Made by a program: the position numbers and the translations under genes. From positions 22,092 through 86,091 of the forward strand of contig JAUIJU010000002.1 of assembly GCA_030431095.1 (NCBI GenBank): a stretch of 64,000 nucleotides of DNA, given 5' to 3'. This document shows positions 1 through 10,773 of this stretch, one piece after another (position 1 is the stretch's first letter; each line of letters starts with the position of its first letter). The notes below the pieces were generated by a model that was given only the letters and a program-made list of their open reading frames with translations, was not told the DNA's origin and did not search any database. The stretch is from Gammaproteobacteria bacterium. GTDB taxonomy: Bacteria; Pseudomonadota; Gammaproteobacteria; Xanthomonadales; SZUA-36.

Positions 1-501
1 GTTGTTCCTGACGTACCAGAGTTGCTCGATCAACGAGACCAGGACGGCGTTCTGCGTCGCATTGGCGATGATCTGATGGAATTCCCGGTCCGCGTCCCCG
101 GACGCCAGGTCGCCATTGTCCGACTCGTCCGCCATGTCATCCAGGGTGCGATTCAGATCCTTCAACTGCTCTTCGGTGATCAGCGAGGCTGCAAGGGCCG
201 CGGCTTCGCCCTCGATCAATGAGCGGGACTCGGTCAGTTCAAACGGGCTGATGTCTTCGAGTCCGTTGCTCAGCGACAAGCGATTCTTGAGCACGTAGAT
301 GCCGGAACCGGTTTTGACCTCCACGCGGCCCAGCGCTTCCAGGGCGATGATGGCTTCGCGCACCGTGGGGCGACTCACCTCGAACCGGTCGGCCAATTCG
401 CGCTCGGGCGGCAAACGCCCACCCACCGGGAATTCGCCATTGTCAATCAATTCCGTCAGCTGATTCATCACGCCGACATACAAACGCTTGGACTTCGACA
501 T
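1..501 (-). CDS. GntR/FadR-family transcriptional regulator (3' end outside window), likely regulator of the alginate locus
   Basis: Not in ORF track; manual minus-strand translation from ATG at 501 (GAGGAG RBS upstream): MSKSKRLYVGVMNQLTELIDNGEFPVGGRLPPERELADRFEVSRPTVREAIIALEALGRVEVKTGSGIYV = GntR wHTH; divergent from the TBDR. Confidence 0.9.
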   Translation of the reverse strand, partial: MSKSKRLYVGVMNQLTELIDNGEFPVGGRLPPERELADRFEVSRPTVREAIIALEALGRVEVKTGSGIYVLKNRLSLSNGLEDISPFELTESRSLIEGEAAALAASLITEEQLKDLNRTLDDMADESDNGDLASGDADREFHQIIANATQNAVLVSLIEQLWYVRNN

Positions 502-539
502 GGCCGGTCTCCTCGATTGGCCCATTACATTCAGTCAAA

Positions 540-805
540 TCAGTCTAACATAACTTTATGAATTGGACAGAACATGATTATTCCGTTTTTTTGGCGTCAA
601 AATAGCGATGTATAACAGCAAGATATGTGGTGAGGTGCGGAACGATAAATCACGATCACGGTCTGCCACTCGAATGATCGTCAGATTGCTCATTAAAATT
701 GGTAAAGATGTAATACAAGAATATATCTGAATATAAGTTGATAGAAAACTTGACCATTATTTAATTTTTTGGTTATTGTTCTTTACCGTCCAATTGGCTG
801 GCCTG
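540..805. promoter_or_regulatory. AT-rich divergent promoter region with candidate GntR operator half-sites
   Basis: AT-rich; AATTGG at 561, 697, 792, plus TTGACCATT (750) and TTTGGTT (768); resembles FadR-subfamily TGGT-N-ACCA boxes. Confidence 0.5.
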
Positions 806-881
806 CACTGCACAGCCTGAACAACAACACATTCGGACAGGTCGGGATCACCCCCGTTGGCTCACACATCAGGGTAAACAA

Positions 882-3800
882 ATGCATCATTCAGGCTCAT
901 CAATCACCGTGGGGAAGAACAGCAGGAAGTTATTGCCGCTCGCCATCAGCGCCGCCGTCCTCGTCATGGCGCTGGGGCACGGGCCGGCATTCGGGCAGGA
1001 AGAGGATGAAAACCTCCTCGAAGAGGTGGTCGTGACCGGCATCCGCCAGTACATCCAGGACGCGATCTCGATCAAGCGGGACTCGGTACTCGTCGTGGAC
1101 GGATTTTCCGCCCAGGACATCGGCGACTTGCCCGCCCTGTCCATCGGCGAAGCACTCGAATCCCTGACGGGGGTAGCTTCTCACCGGGAAAACGGCGGGG
1201 CGACCGAGGTGTCCATCCGCGGCCTGGGACCGTTCCTGAGCATGACCACCTTCAATGGCCGCGAAGCCTCCAATGGCAGCGGCGACCGGTCGGTCAACTT
1301 TTCCCAGTTTCCGTCTGAGTTGATGAACAAGATCGCCGTCTACAAAACGCAGGATGCGTCGATGATCGAGGGCGGCGTCGCGGGCGTCATCGCCCTTGAA
1401 ACCCTAAAACCCCTGGAATACGGCGATCGACGAATCCAGTTTGATGTGAAGGGCAACTACAACCCGGACCAGCAACACATCGATGCCCAGTTGTCCGACG
1501 ATATCGGCTATCGCGCGACACTCAGTTATGTCGACCAGTTCGAATTTTCCAACGGCGCGCAGCTCGGTGTGTCACTGGGTTACCAGAACAGCGACATATC
1601 GCAGCCCGAGCAGGAAGTCCGCAGTTCCAGTCCGACAGGAACGTCGCTCTACGCCTGCATCAACGATCCCGGAGTGACCAACGAAGGTTTCTTCCGCTCT
1701 TCGAGCGGCGATTGCGAGGACCAGGTCGACGGCAGTTCGAACCAGGGCTACAACACCACCATCAATCCGGATACGGGACTGGCCTACAGTGACGGACTGG
1801 CCTGGGGCTTCGCTCCGAGCTCCCGTGGCTACCGGCAGAACGACACCAACGACGATCGTGAGGCGTTCTTCGTCGCGCTGCAGTGGCAACCGAACGAGCG
1901 CTGGGACATCAACCTCGACGTCGAGCTGTCGGAACGTACCCAGTCCGAGCTTCGCCACGACCTCAACTTCGCCAACCAGAAGCGCGCAACCGACGGTGTG
2001 ACAGGGCCGAACCTGGTCACGTTGCCAAGCGGCGCGATCACGAGCTGGTTGGGCGAGACCGCGATCGAATCCAACAGCGAACGTTACGCCCGTACGGAGG
2101 ACTACCAGGGGGGCGGGCTCGGTGTGAGCTTCCAGGCGACCGACCGCCTCACCTTGTCCGGCGACCTGGCTTTTTCGGAAACGACCCGCATCGAGAAGCA
2201 GGTTTCCGTGCGCATCCAGTCCGACGACCAGGACATCTACGGTGAAGATACGCCTGGTGGATACCGTCCGCTGGTCGCTTGGAACCTCGGCTCCGGCATC
2301 CCGCAATACACGATCACCGACTTCGATGTCACGGATCCGACCCTGTTCTCGGACGAATACCGGGTGCGGATCGACTCTGATGTCGACCGCAAGAACACGA
2401 TTCACTCGGCGCGCGGTGACTTCTTTCTGGAGACTGAATGGGGCGCCATCAACGGCCTCGAGGGCGGTCTGCGTATCTCGGAACTCGAATACCTGAATCT
2501 CGGCGGCACCCGCTTCGACCCGGGCACGATCGACGACAGTTCCGAGGAGGAGCGTGCCGCCATCGTCGCCATGAATGAGGCCTGCCGGATGGCATTTCCC
2601 GAATCAGGCTTCCTGTCCGCCGAGGCGAGCGGTGACCCCATTACCGTGATCGATGGCAGCACCGGCCAGTCCGGCAGCGGCACCGGCAACAGTTGGGCGG
2701 TGTTCGACAACGAGTGCATCACCAATGCAATCCTTGATTACCACGGCATCGCATTCATGTATCCGGAGCAGACACTGGAGAGTTCAGCCACGACGGACGT
2801 GACCGAAACCACCATCGCCGGCTACCTCATGGCCAACTTCCAGACGGAGTGGGGTGGTCGTAACGTCACCGGCAACTTCGGCGTGCGCGTCGTCAATACC
2901 GAGGTGGAAGCAAACGCCTGGCGCGCGGCCTACCAAATCGTCGAAGACGACAGTGGGTTTCTCTCGATCGAGGAAACCGGCGACCTGGAAAAGGTGCAGG
3001 CCAGGCATGACTACACGGAAGTGCTGCCGAGCTTCAACATGGTCATGGACCTGACCGACGAAGTGTTGCTGCGTGGTGCGGTCTACCGTGGCATGTCACG
3101 CGCCGACCCCGGGGACCTGGGCTACAACCGCTCGTTCAATGTGAACACGGCGGATGACATCACCGACCCGAATGACCTGATCAGCAGTGTATCTGGATCG
3201 GGTAACCCGGCCACCGATCCCCTCATGTCCTGGAATGCGGATGCGTCCATCGAGTGGTATCCCAACGACGACACGATCCTGTCGTTCGGCGTGTACTACA
3301 AGGATTTCACCGGTGGTTTCGAGCAGATTCGGTCCTTTGAAACCTTCGTCGTCGACGGCGAGAACATCACCTCGCCCGTGACCGTGACGCAGACGGATTC
3401 CGGCACGAACACGCTGTACGGCGTCGAGGTCACAGCCGCGCACAACTTCTCCTACCTGGACAGCGCCTTTTGGCGGGGTTTCGGCGTGAAGCTGGGTCTG
3501 AACGTGGGTGATTCGGACTTCGAATTCGAGGACAGCCTGTATGGCGACGTCACCATCCGCGACACTGACGGCACGGTGGTGCCGCTCACCATCGGTATCG
3601 TGGAGCCGGGCAACGTTCCCGGGTTCTCCAACACGGTGTTCTCGGGCAATCTGTACTATGACATCGGTGGCTTCGGCGCCAGCCTAATCTACAAGTACCG
3701 GAGCGAATACTTTCAGCCTTACACCAGCAACGGCACGCGACTGCGCTACGTGGGAGACGTCGGCGTCTGGGAAGCCAGAGTGTCCTACCAGTTCACGGAC

Positions 3801-3935
3801 AACCTGCGCCTGTCGCTGGAAGGCATCAACCTGTTCAATGAACCGAAAAAGCAGTACTTCTTCACGACGGACAACCTTGGGGAAGTGAACATTTATGGCC
3901 CGCGCTACTTCCTGGGCCTGCGAGGCAAGTTCTGA
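882..3935 (+). CDS. TonB-dependent receptor (putative alginate-oligosaccharide uptake)
   Basis: 1017 aa; signal peptide, TonB box LEEVVVTG, plug motifs (SIRGLG, VYKTQ...EGG), C-terminal F; heads the lyase operon. Confidence 0.93.
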   Translation: MHHSGSSITVGKNSRKLLPLAISAAVLVMALGHGPAFGQEEDENLLEEVVVTGIRQYIQDAISIKRDSVLVVDGFSAQDIGDLPALSIGEALESLTGVASHRENGGATEVSIRGLGPFLSMTTFNGREASNGSGDRSVNFSQFPSELMNKIAVYKTQDASMIEGGVAGVIALETLKPLEYGDRRIQFDVKGNYNPDQQHIDAQLSDDIGYRATLSYVDQFEFSNGAQLGVSLGYQNSDISQPEQEVRSSSPTGTSLYACINDPGVTNEGFFRSSSGDCEDQVDGSSNQGYNTTINPDTGLAYSDGLAWGFAPSSRGYRQNDTNDDREAFFVALQWQPNERWDINLDVELSERTQSELRHDLNFANQKRATDGVTGPNLVTLPSGAITSWLGETAIESNSERYARTEDYQGGGLGVSFQATDRLTLSGDLAFSETTRIEKQVSVRIQSDDQDIYGEDTPGGYRPLVAWNLGSGIPQYTITDFDVTDPTLFSDEYRVRIDSDVDRKNTIHSARGDFFLETEWGAINGLEGGLRISELEYLNLGGTRFDPGTIDDSSEEERAAIVAMNEACRMAFPESGFLSAEASGDPITVIDGSTGQSGSGTGNSWAVFDNECITNAILDYHGIAFMYPEQTLESSATTDVTETTIAGYLMANFQTEWGGRNVTGNFGVRVVNTEVEANAWRAAYQIVEDDSGFLSIEETGDLEKVQARHDYTEVLPSFNMVMDLTDEVLLRGAVYRGMSRADPGDLGYNRSFNVNTADDITDPNDLISSVSGSGNPATDPLMSWNADASIEWYPNDDTILSFGVYYKDFTGGFEQIRSFETFVVDGENITSPVTVTQTDSGTNTLYGVEVTAAHNFSYLDSAFWRGFGVKLGLNVGDSDFEFEDSLYGDVTIRDTDGTVVPLTIGIVEPGNVPGFSNTVFSGNLYYDIGGFGASLIYKYRSEYFQPYTSNGTRLRYVGDVGVWEARVSYQFTDNLRLSLEGINLFNEPKKQYFFTTDNLGEVNIYGPRYFLGLRGKF

Positions 3936-3961
3936 CGGACTGACAGGGGGCTGGGAACCGT

Positions 3962-3990
3962 CCGGCGGACCGGTCAGCGACCGTCCGCCG
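3962..3990 (+). other. GC-rich stem-loop after the TBDR stop
   Basis: CCGGCGGAC-CGGTC agc GACCG-TCCGCCGG inverted repeat, no U-tract. Confidence 0.45.
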
Positions 3991-4135
3991 GGATTTCCGC
4001 CCCGAACACCCGAACCGAGACGTGAATCCCCTCCTTTCACCGCCACCCCGGGCGTTCGGCGCCAGGATCGTTGTGCCAGGAGGCGCGTCGGGCACACTTG
4101 ACCCCGACCTGCAATTTGAACCGGAATCACCAGGC

Positions 4136-6388
4136 ATGAATCGATCGTTCCATCCATTGCCGACCCTGCTGCTGGCCCTGTGTGGACTCGGCGCCGCCGC
4201 GCCCGCGCAGGCCGAGTCGTTCCTCGTCCACTCCCAGGAGGAGTACACCGCGGCCAGCAAGCGGGTGCAGGCCGGGGACACGATCATCCTGGCGAACGGC
4301 ACGTGGGAAGACTTCGAGGTCCGTTTCACCGGCGAAGGCACGGCCGACCGGCCGATCACGCTCACCGCCGAAGAAAAGGGCAGGGTGGTGCTTTCGGGTC
4401 AATCCAACCTGCGACTGTCGGGAAGGCACCTGGTGGTGTCCGGACTGGTCTTCCGCAATGGACATACCGCGACATCCGAAGTCGTCGCCTTTCGCACCAA
4501 CAAGGAAAACCTGGCCTTTCATTCCCGCGTGACCGAAGTCGTGATCGACGGATTCAACAACCCGGAGCGGAGCGAGACCGACTTCTGGGTGGTGATGTAT
4601 GGCCAGCACAACCGCTTCGACCACAACTACCTGGCCGGCAAGAGCAACAACGGGGTGACGATGGCCGTACGCCTCGACTCCGCCGACAGTCTCGAGAACC
4701 ACCACCGCATCGATCACAACTTTTTCGGCCACCGCCCGGTCCTGGGCTCCAATGGGGGCGAGACTCTGCGCATCGGCACCAGCAGGTATTCCCTCGAAGA
4801 TTCCTTCACGGTCGTGGAAAACAACTATTTCGAACGCTGCGACGGCGAGGTGGAGATCATCTCCAGCAAGTCGGGCGGCAACGTGTTCAGGGGCAACGTG
4901 TTTTTCGAATCGCGCGGCACGCTGACCCTCAGGCATGGGAACGACAACCTGGTCGAAAACAACGTGTTCTTCGGCAACGGGGTGGACCACACCGGGGGAA
5001 TCCGCGTCATCAACAAGCGACAGACGGTGCGCAACAACTACCTCGAAGGACTCACGGGATCCCGGTTCGGCAGCGCGCTGACCATCATGAACGGCGTGCC
5101 GGATTCCCCAATCAACCGCTACCACCAGGTCGAGGGCGCGCTGGTCCGGAACAACACGCTGATCGACAGCGAACACATCCACCTGGCGGCCGGCAGCGAC
5201 GCTGAACGTTCTGCCGTTCCAATTGACTCCCGGTTCCTCGAAAACCTCGTCTTCAACAACGACGGACGCGATCCTTTCAGCGTTTTCGACGACATTTCAG
5301 GCATCGAATTCGATGGGAACGTGGCGAATCCGGTCGATGCTCCCGCCCTGGAAACGGGGTTCCGCCGTTCGCCGGTAAAGCTCGAGCGTTCCGATTCGGG
5401 CCTGCTGTACCCCGTCGGGGACGCGTTTGCGGACATCGGTGTGCCACGCGGATTGCCGGTCCTGAGTCGCAATCAAACCGGGCCTGCCTGGTTCACCAAG
5501 CCGGCGCAGCGCCGTGAATTCGGTTCCGGGGAAACGCGCCCGGTTCCCGACCGGGCCGATCTCGCCAGGGCAGTCGCCGGCGCCGGTCCAGGGGATGTCC
5601 TGCAACTGACCGGCAGGCATTACCTGGCGGAAAAGGTGCTGGTCATCGACAAGCCGCTGACGCTGAAGGCTGCCGACGGCGTCCGCCCGGTCATCGAGTT
5701 CGAGCGAAACACGCTGTTTGAGATTGCCGACGGGGGCAGCCTGAGACTCGAAGGACTGCGCATTTCAGGCGGCAGCGCACCGGACGTGGCGGGTAACACA
5801 CTGTTGCGGACCAGTCGCTATTCCATGCTGAACAACTACCGGCTGCACCTGGTGGACGTGGAAGTCGTGGACCTGAACGTGAATCATTCATTCAACGTAC
5901 TGACCGTTTCCAGGAGCACGTTCGCCGACGAGATTCTGATCGAAGACTCGACCTTCCAGAATGTCACTGGCGCCGTGCTCGAACTGAATCGGGAAACCGA
6001 CGATCTCGGGCTGTACAACGCCGAGTACGTCACAGTCCGGAATTCCGAATTCGAGGACATTGGCGAAGCGCTGATGGTAGTTTATCGCGGCGGAACGGAC
6101 GAGAGTACCTTCGGCCCGCACGTCCTGGTCAGCGACAACCAGTTGCATCGGATCGGGCTGTCGACACGCAACCGCGCCGGCGCGTCCATGCTCCTGCACG
6201 GGGCGCAGCAGACCCGCATTTTCGGCAACCGGTTTGAAGACAGCCGGGGAATCCTGATCGAACACACAGTGGGCGAACCGCGCACCCGTATCGAGGGGAA
6301 CGCGTTCATCGGCACGCCTGCGCCGGAGGTCAGCGGCGATCCCGCCACGGTCCTGGACAACACCCTCGCCCCGGGGCGCGACTCATGA
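4136..6388 (+). CDS. Polysaccharide lyase family 6 (chondroitinase-B-like beta-helix) alginate lyase, two-domain
   Basis: Signal peptide from ATG 4136; NGGETLRIG, EIISSKS (catalytic Lys) and TLRHG (catalytic Arg) motifs; C-terminal second beta-helix with DESTFGP. Confidence 0.9.
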   Translation: MNRSFHPLPTLLLALCGLGAAAPAQAESFLVHSQEEYTAASKRVQAGDTIILANGTWEDFEVRFTGEGTADRPITLTAEEKGRVVLSGQSNLRLSGRHLVVSGLVFRNGHTATSEVVAFRTNKENLAFHSRVTEVVIDGFNNPERSETDFWVVMYGQHNRFDHNYLAGKSNNGVTMAVRLDSADSLENHHRIDHNFFGHRPVLGSNGGETLRIGTSRYSLEDSFTVVENNYFERCDGEVEIISSKSGGNVFRGNVFFESRGTLTLRHGNDNLVENNVFFGNGVDHTGGIRVINKRQTVRNNYLEGLTGSRFGSALTIMNGVPDSPINRYHQVEGALVRNNTLIDSEHIHLAAGSDAERSAVPIDSRFLENLVFNNDGRDPFSVFDDISGIEFDGNVANPVDAPALETGFRRSPVKLERSDSGLLYPVGDAFADIGVPRGLPVLSRNQTGPAWFTKPAQRREFGSGETRPVPDRADLARAVAGAGPGDVLQLTGRHYLAEKVLVIDKPLTLKAADGVRPVIEFERNTLFEIADGGSLRLEGLRISGGSAPDVAGNTLLRTSRYSMLNNYRLHLVDVEVVDLNVNHSFNVLTVSRSTFADEILIEDSTFQNVTGAVLELNRETDDLGLYNAEYVTVRNSEFEDIGEALMVVYRGGTDESTFGPHVLVSDNQLHRIGLSTRNRAGASMLLHGAQQTRIFGNRFEDSRGILIEHTVGEPRTRIEGNAFIGTPAPEVSGDPATVLDNTLAPGRDS

Positions 6389-8565
6389 ACGCCTGGTTCA
6401 GGGCAGGGGCGGTGCTGGCAGGTACCGGGCTGCTGTCCCTGGCGGCGTGGGCCGACGCCGGACTGTTGTTGACCGCAGAAGACGTGACGCAGATCCGCGC
6501 AGCTTCTCCCATGCCTGCACGCTTCGCCGCCGCCGTCGAGGCGGCGGAACAGCGCATCGCGCCGTTTCTCGACACCTTGCCGGACGTTCCCGTGCCGCAG
6601 GATGCCGGTGGCGGGTATACGCACGAGCAGCACAAACGCAATGCGCTGACGATCCACGAGGCCGGAATCGTCAGCAGAATCACGGGCAGCGAGGATGCCG
6701 CGGATCTCGCGCGACGCCTGCTGCTTTCCTATGCCGCGCTGTATCCGACCCTGGGCGAACATCCGGCCAGGAAGGAGCAGTCCCCGGGTCGGCTGTTCTG
6801 GCAAAGCCTCAACGAGGCCGTCTGGCTGGTCTACGCCATCCAGGGTTACGACGCCATCCGGGACGGGCTGCCGGCCGAAGACCGGGCGCGGATCGAAACC
6901 GGCCTGTTCCGCCCCCTGGCTGAATTCCTGTCAATCGAATCGCCCAGGACTTTCGACCGGATCCACAACCATGGCACCTGGGCGGTCGCCGCGGTGGGAA
7001 TGACCGGCTATGTGCTGGGCGACGAGTTGATGGTCGAGCAATCCCTGCTGGGCCTGGATCGGTCGGGAAATTCCGGGTTCATCCGGCAACTCGACGAACT
7101 GTTTTCACCAGACGGCTACTACAACGAAGGTCCGTACTACCAGCGCTACGCGCTGATGCCGTTCGCGCTGTTCGCACGGGTGATCGACGAAAACGACCCT
7201 GAGCGGGACATTTTCGGTTACCGGGACCAGGTTCTTCTCAAGGCCATCTTCGCCACCATCAACCTCAGTTACGCCGGCTACTTCTTTCCGATCAACGACG
7301 CCATCAAGGACAAGGATCTGGCCACGGCCGAACTGACCTACGCAATACCCATCGCGTTCGCTAAAACGGGTGATGCACAACTGCTGTCCATCGTCGAGCG
7401 CCAGCGCGGCCTGGTGCTGACCGGGGATGCCTTCGACATGGCCAGGGCCATGGATGCCGGCCTGGCGACGCCGTTCCGGTTCAAGTCGATGCAGTACCGG
7501 GATGGTGGTGACGGCCAGCGGGGCGCGTTGAGCGTGCTGCGTCGTGGCGACGGAGACAGCGGTCAGGCGCTGTTGCTCAAGGCCACCTCGCAAGGGCAGG
7601 GCCACGGTCACTTCGACCGGCTGGGCTGGTTGTTCTTCGATGACGGTCGCGCGATCGTGCGTGACTACGGCGCTGCGCGGTTCCTGAACGTCGAGCAGAA
7701 GAATGGCGGGCACTACCTGCCCGAAAACGACGCCTGGGCCAAGCAGACGGTCGCCCACAATACCCTCGTGGTCGACGAGACCAGCCATTTCGCGGGGGAC
7801 TGGAAACAGGGCGAGCAAATCGACACCGAACCGCTGGCGTTCGATCCCGGTCCCGGGCACCAGCTCGCCGCCGCACGCATGACCGGCGCCTATGCCGACG
7901 TCGGGTTCGAACGCGCACTCCTGTCACTGGACACCCGTGCGTTCCAGCACCCGGTCGTGCTCGATGTCCTGAAGGCGCGCGGCGAACAACCGCACCAGTA
8001 TGACCTCCCGTTGTATTTCCAGGGCCACCTGGTCCACAGCAGCCATCCGCTCGACACGGAGACCCGGCAGCTGGTTCCGCTCGGCGAGCAGAACGGCTAC
8101 CAGTTCCTGTGGCAGCGCGCAGCGGCCGCCATTCCAACGGGAGAAGCGCACCAGCTGACCTGGCTGACAGTGCGCCGCTTTTACACGCTTACGCAGCTGG
8201 CGACACAGCCGGCGCGGCTGTTGCTGACCGAAACCGGGGCGAACGATCCGGAGTTCAACCTGCGGTGGGAGCCGGGGCTGGTCTGGAGATTCGAGTCATC
8301 ACGGAATGCGACCTTCGTGTCCGTGCTGGAGCCGCATGGAGAGTACGACGGGTCGCGGGAGTTCACGACGCGAAGCGCCAGCGCCCTGGCCACCCTCGGT
8401 CACGTCAGCGATGGACCACGCGATGTCGTCCGCCTGGTGAACCGAAATGGGGAACAGATCCTGGTCGCCCTGTCCTGGGACGACGACGCGTCCCGCCAAC
8501 ACCAGGCCGAGGCCTTCGGAGAGCGCCTCGAATGGTCGGGTTTCCATGGGGTATTCGAGAAATGA
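6385..8565 (+). CDS. Polysaccharide lyase family 17 oligoalginate lyase (alginate lyase + heparinase II/III-like domain)
   Basis: LFWQSLNEAVW, HNHGTW, YYNEGPYYQRY, GHGHFD, AHNTLVVD motifs; 4-nt overlap with PL6 gene. Confidence 0.9.
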   Translation: MNAWFRAGAVLAGTGLLSLAAWADAGLLLTAEDVTQIRAASPMPARFAAAVEAAEQRIAPFLDTLPDVPVPQDAGGGYTHEQHKRNALTIHEAGIVSRITGSEDAADLARRLLLSYAALYPTLGEHPARKEQSPGRLFWQSLNEAVWLVYAIQGYDAIRDGLPAEDRARIETGLFRPLAEFLSIESPRTFDRIHNHGTWAVAAVGMTGYVLGDELMVEQSLLGLDRSGNSGFIRQLDELFSPDGYYNEGPYYQRYALMPFALFARVIDENDPERDIFGYRDQVLLKAIFATINLSYAGYFFPINDAIKDKDLATAELTYAIPIAFAKTGDAQLLSIVERQRGLVLTGDAFDMARAMDAGLATPFRFKSMQYRDGGDGQRGALSVLRRGDGDSGQALLLKATSQGQGHGHFDRLGWLFFDDGRAIVRDYGAARFLNVEQKNGGHYLPENDAWAKQTVAHNTLVVDETSHFAGDWKQGEQIDTEPLAFDPGPGHQLAAARMTGAYADVGFERALLSLDTRAFQHPVVLDVLKARGEQPHQYDLPLYFQGHLVHSSHPLDTETRQLVPLGEQNGYQFLWQRAAAAIPTGEAHQLTWLTVRRFYTLTQLATQPARLLLTETGANDPEFNLRWEPGLVWRFESSRNATFVSVLEPHGEYDGSREFTTRSASALATLGHVSDGPRDVVRLVNRNGEQILVALSWDDDASRQHQAEAFGERLEWSGFHGVFEK

Positions 8566-8608
8566 ACACACTTCACGCCTGCCAAGGCCATCCACAGGAG
8601 CCGAAACC

Positions 8609-9931
8609 ATGATGAAAATCAGAGGTATGCGGTGGTTTATCGTTTCGCTCGTGGCCACGGCCACGGTCATCAACTACGTCGACCGGAATGCGCTGGCGGT
8701 CATGTGGCCCGGCATATCGGAAGAGCTGGGCATGGACAAGAACGACTACGCCCTGATCCTGTCGTTCTTCATGGTCGGCTACGCGATCGGGCAGTCCCTG
8801 TTCGGCAAGATCTTCGACATGATCGGCACGCGCCTGGGCTTTTTGCTGTCGATCATCGTCTGGTCCATCAGCATCGCCCTGCATGCCGTCGTCAAAACCG
8901 CCACGGCCTTCGGTATCGTGCGCTTCGGCCTGGGGGTCGGCGAAGCCGGCAACTGGCCCGGCGCCACCAAGGCGAATGCCGAATGGTTCCCCATTCACCA
9001 GCGTGCGCTGGCGCAGGGCATCTTCAATTCCGGTGCGTCGATCGGCGCGGTGATCTCCGCGCCGCTCATCGCCTGGCTCTATCTCGTGCTGGGATGGAAA
9101 ACCACGTTTGTCGTCATCGCGTTGCTGGGCGTGGTCTGGATGGTGCCGTGGATTGTCCTGTACAAGTCCGGACCCGACTCGCACCCCTGGCTGACCGATG
9201 AAGAGCGGGACTTCATCCTGACCGGGCAAAAGGCGCAGAACGCCGATGGTGTCGAGGTCGATGCGGCGGCGCCGAGCTGGTTTGAGATGCTGCGTCACCG
9301 GCAAAGCTGGGCCGTGATCAGCTCGCGGTTCTTCCTCGATCCGGTGTGGTGGCTGTTCGTTTCATGGCTGCCCATCTACCTGGCGGAGACCTTCGGCTTC
9401 GACATCAAGCAGATCGGGCTGTTCGCCTGGGTGCCGTACACGGGCGCGGCCATTGGCAGCATCTTCGGCGGCTGGCTGGCCGGTTACCTGCTGAAGCGTG
9501 GCTGGAGCGTGAACGCCGCCCGCAAATTCACCATCACGCTGGGCGGCATCATCATGCTGCCGACCCTGCTGGCGACCGCCACGGCGGCCACGCCGCTGCT
9601 CGCGGTAATCCTGATTGCCGTCATCCTGTTCGGCTTCCAGATCGCGATCGGCAACATCCAGACGTTGCCCAGTGATTTTTTCTCGGGCAAGTCCGTCGGC
9701 TCCCTGGCGGGCGTCGGCGGCACGGCGGCCGTGGTGGGCGTTCTGATCACCATTTGGATCGTTCCGATCATCACCACCGAGTCCTATGCACCGTTTTTCA
9801 TCATGGGGGCCTTGCTGGTGCCCATCGCCGTTCTCTCGGTCTGGCTGTTCGGTGGGCGAATCGCACCCGTGAGCACAGGCCCGTCTTCCCAATCCACCAA
9901 CCCAACTGGGGGAAATTCCAATGAAGCTTGA
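8609..9931 (+). CDS. MFS hexuronate transporter (ExuT-like)
   Basis: RWFIVSL..INYVDRN, GEAGNWPGATKANAEWFP, RFFLDPVWW; multi-TM; ATG 8609 preceded by AGGAG. Confidence 0.88.
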   Translation: MMKIRGMRWFIVSLVATATVINYVDRNALAVMWPGISEELGMDKNDYALILSFFMVGYAIGQSLFGKIFDMIGTRLGFLLSIIVWSISIALHAVVKTATAFGIVRFGLGVGEAGNWPGATKANAEWFPIHQRALAQGIFNSGASIGAVISAPLIAWLYLVLGWKTTFVVIALLGVVWMVPWIVLYKSGPDSHPWLTDEERDFILTGQKAQNADGVEVDAAAPSWFEMLRHRQSWAVISSRFFLDPVWWLFVSWLPIYLAETFGFDIKQIGLFAWVPYTGAAIGSIFGGWLAGYLLKRGWSVNAARKFTITLGGIIMLPTLLATATAATPLLAVILIAVILFGFQIAIGNIQTLPSDFFSGKSVGSLAGVGGTAAVVGVLITIWIVPIITTESYAPFFIMGALLVPIAVLSVWLFGGRIAPVSTGPSSQSTNPTGGNSNEA

Positions 9932-10673
9932 AAACAAGGTCGCCATCGTCACCGGTGGTGCGCGTGACATCGGCCGGGCCGTGTCCGTGAAACTCGCCTC
10001 CGAAGGCGCACGGGTCGTGGTCAATTACTTCAACAACGACCAGAATGCCCTGGACACGATTACCGAGATCGAAAATGCCGGCGGCCAGGCCATCGCCGTC
10101 AAGGGGGACATGACGAATGCTGGTGATGTCGCAGCACTGGTCGCCGCCACCACGGAGGCCTTCGGGGACGCCATCCACGTGCTGGTCAACGTGGCTGGCG
10201 GCATGGTCGCTCGCAAGAGCTTGCAGGAAATGGACGAGGACTTCTTTGAAAGAGTCATGCGACTGAACATGACCAGTACCTTCATGGCCACCAAGGCCGT
10301 CGCGCCGTCGATGCCCGGGGGCGCCTCCATCGTCAACATTGCCTCCCAGGCGGGGCGTGATGGCGGTGGTCCCGGCGCCGCGGCCTATGCGACATCCAAG
10401 GGCGCCGTCATGACGTTCACCCGGGCAATGGCGAAAGAACTTGGGCCATCCAACATCCGAGTCAACGCGCTGTGTCCCGGCATGATCGCGACCACGTTCC
10501 ACGATGTCTTCACCAAGGACGAAGTTCGGGCGAACGTCGCCGGCGCGACGCCGCTCAAACGGCAAGGCAATGCCGGCGAGGTGGCCGACCTGGTTGCCTA
10601 CCTGGCGTCCGCGGAGTCCAGCTTCGTGACGGGGGCGAACATCGATATCAACGGCGGTCTCTTTTTCTCCTGA
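9921..10673 (+). CDS. SDR oxidoreductase, probable DEH (4-deoxy-L-erythro-5-hexoseulose uronate) reductase
   Basis: TGGARDIG cofactor motif, YATSK catalytic motif; position in alginate operon. Confidence 0.8.
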   Translation: MKLENKVAIVTGGARDIGRAVSVKLASEGARVVVNYFNNDQNALDTITEIENAGGQAIAVKGDMTNAGDVAALVAATTEAFGDAIHVLVNVAGGMVARKSLQEMDEDFFERVMRLNMTSTFMATKAVAPSMPGGASIVNIASQAGRDGGGPGAAAYATSKGAVMTFTRAMAKELGPSNIRVNALCPGMIATTFHDVFTKDEVRANVAGATPLKRQGNAGEVADLVAYLASAESSFVTGANIDINGGLFFS

Positions 10674-10773
10674 GGCCGGTTCCGACGCCGCTCGAATGCG
10701 GTGGTGACATCAGCTTTCTTGCGCGACCCGGGACAGGCGTCGCGCCAGGCAACAGGCAAGCGAGGGCCTGACC

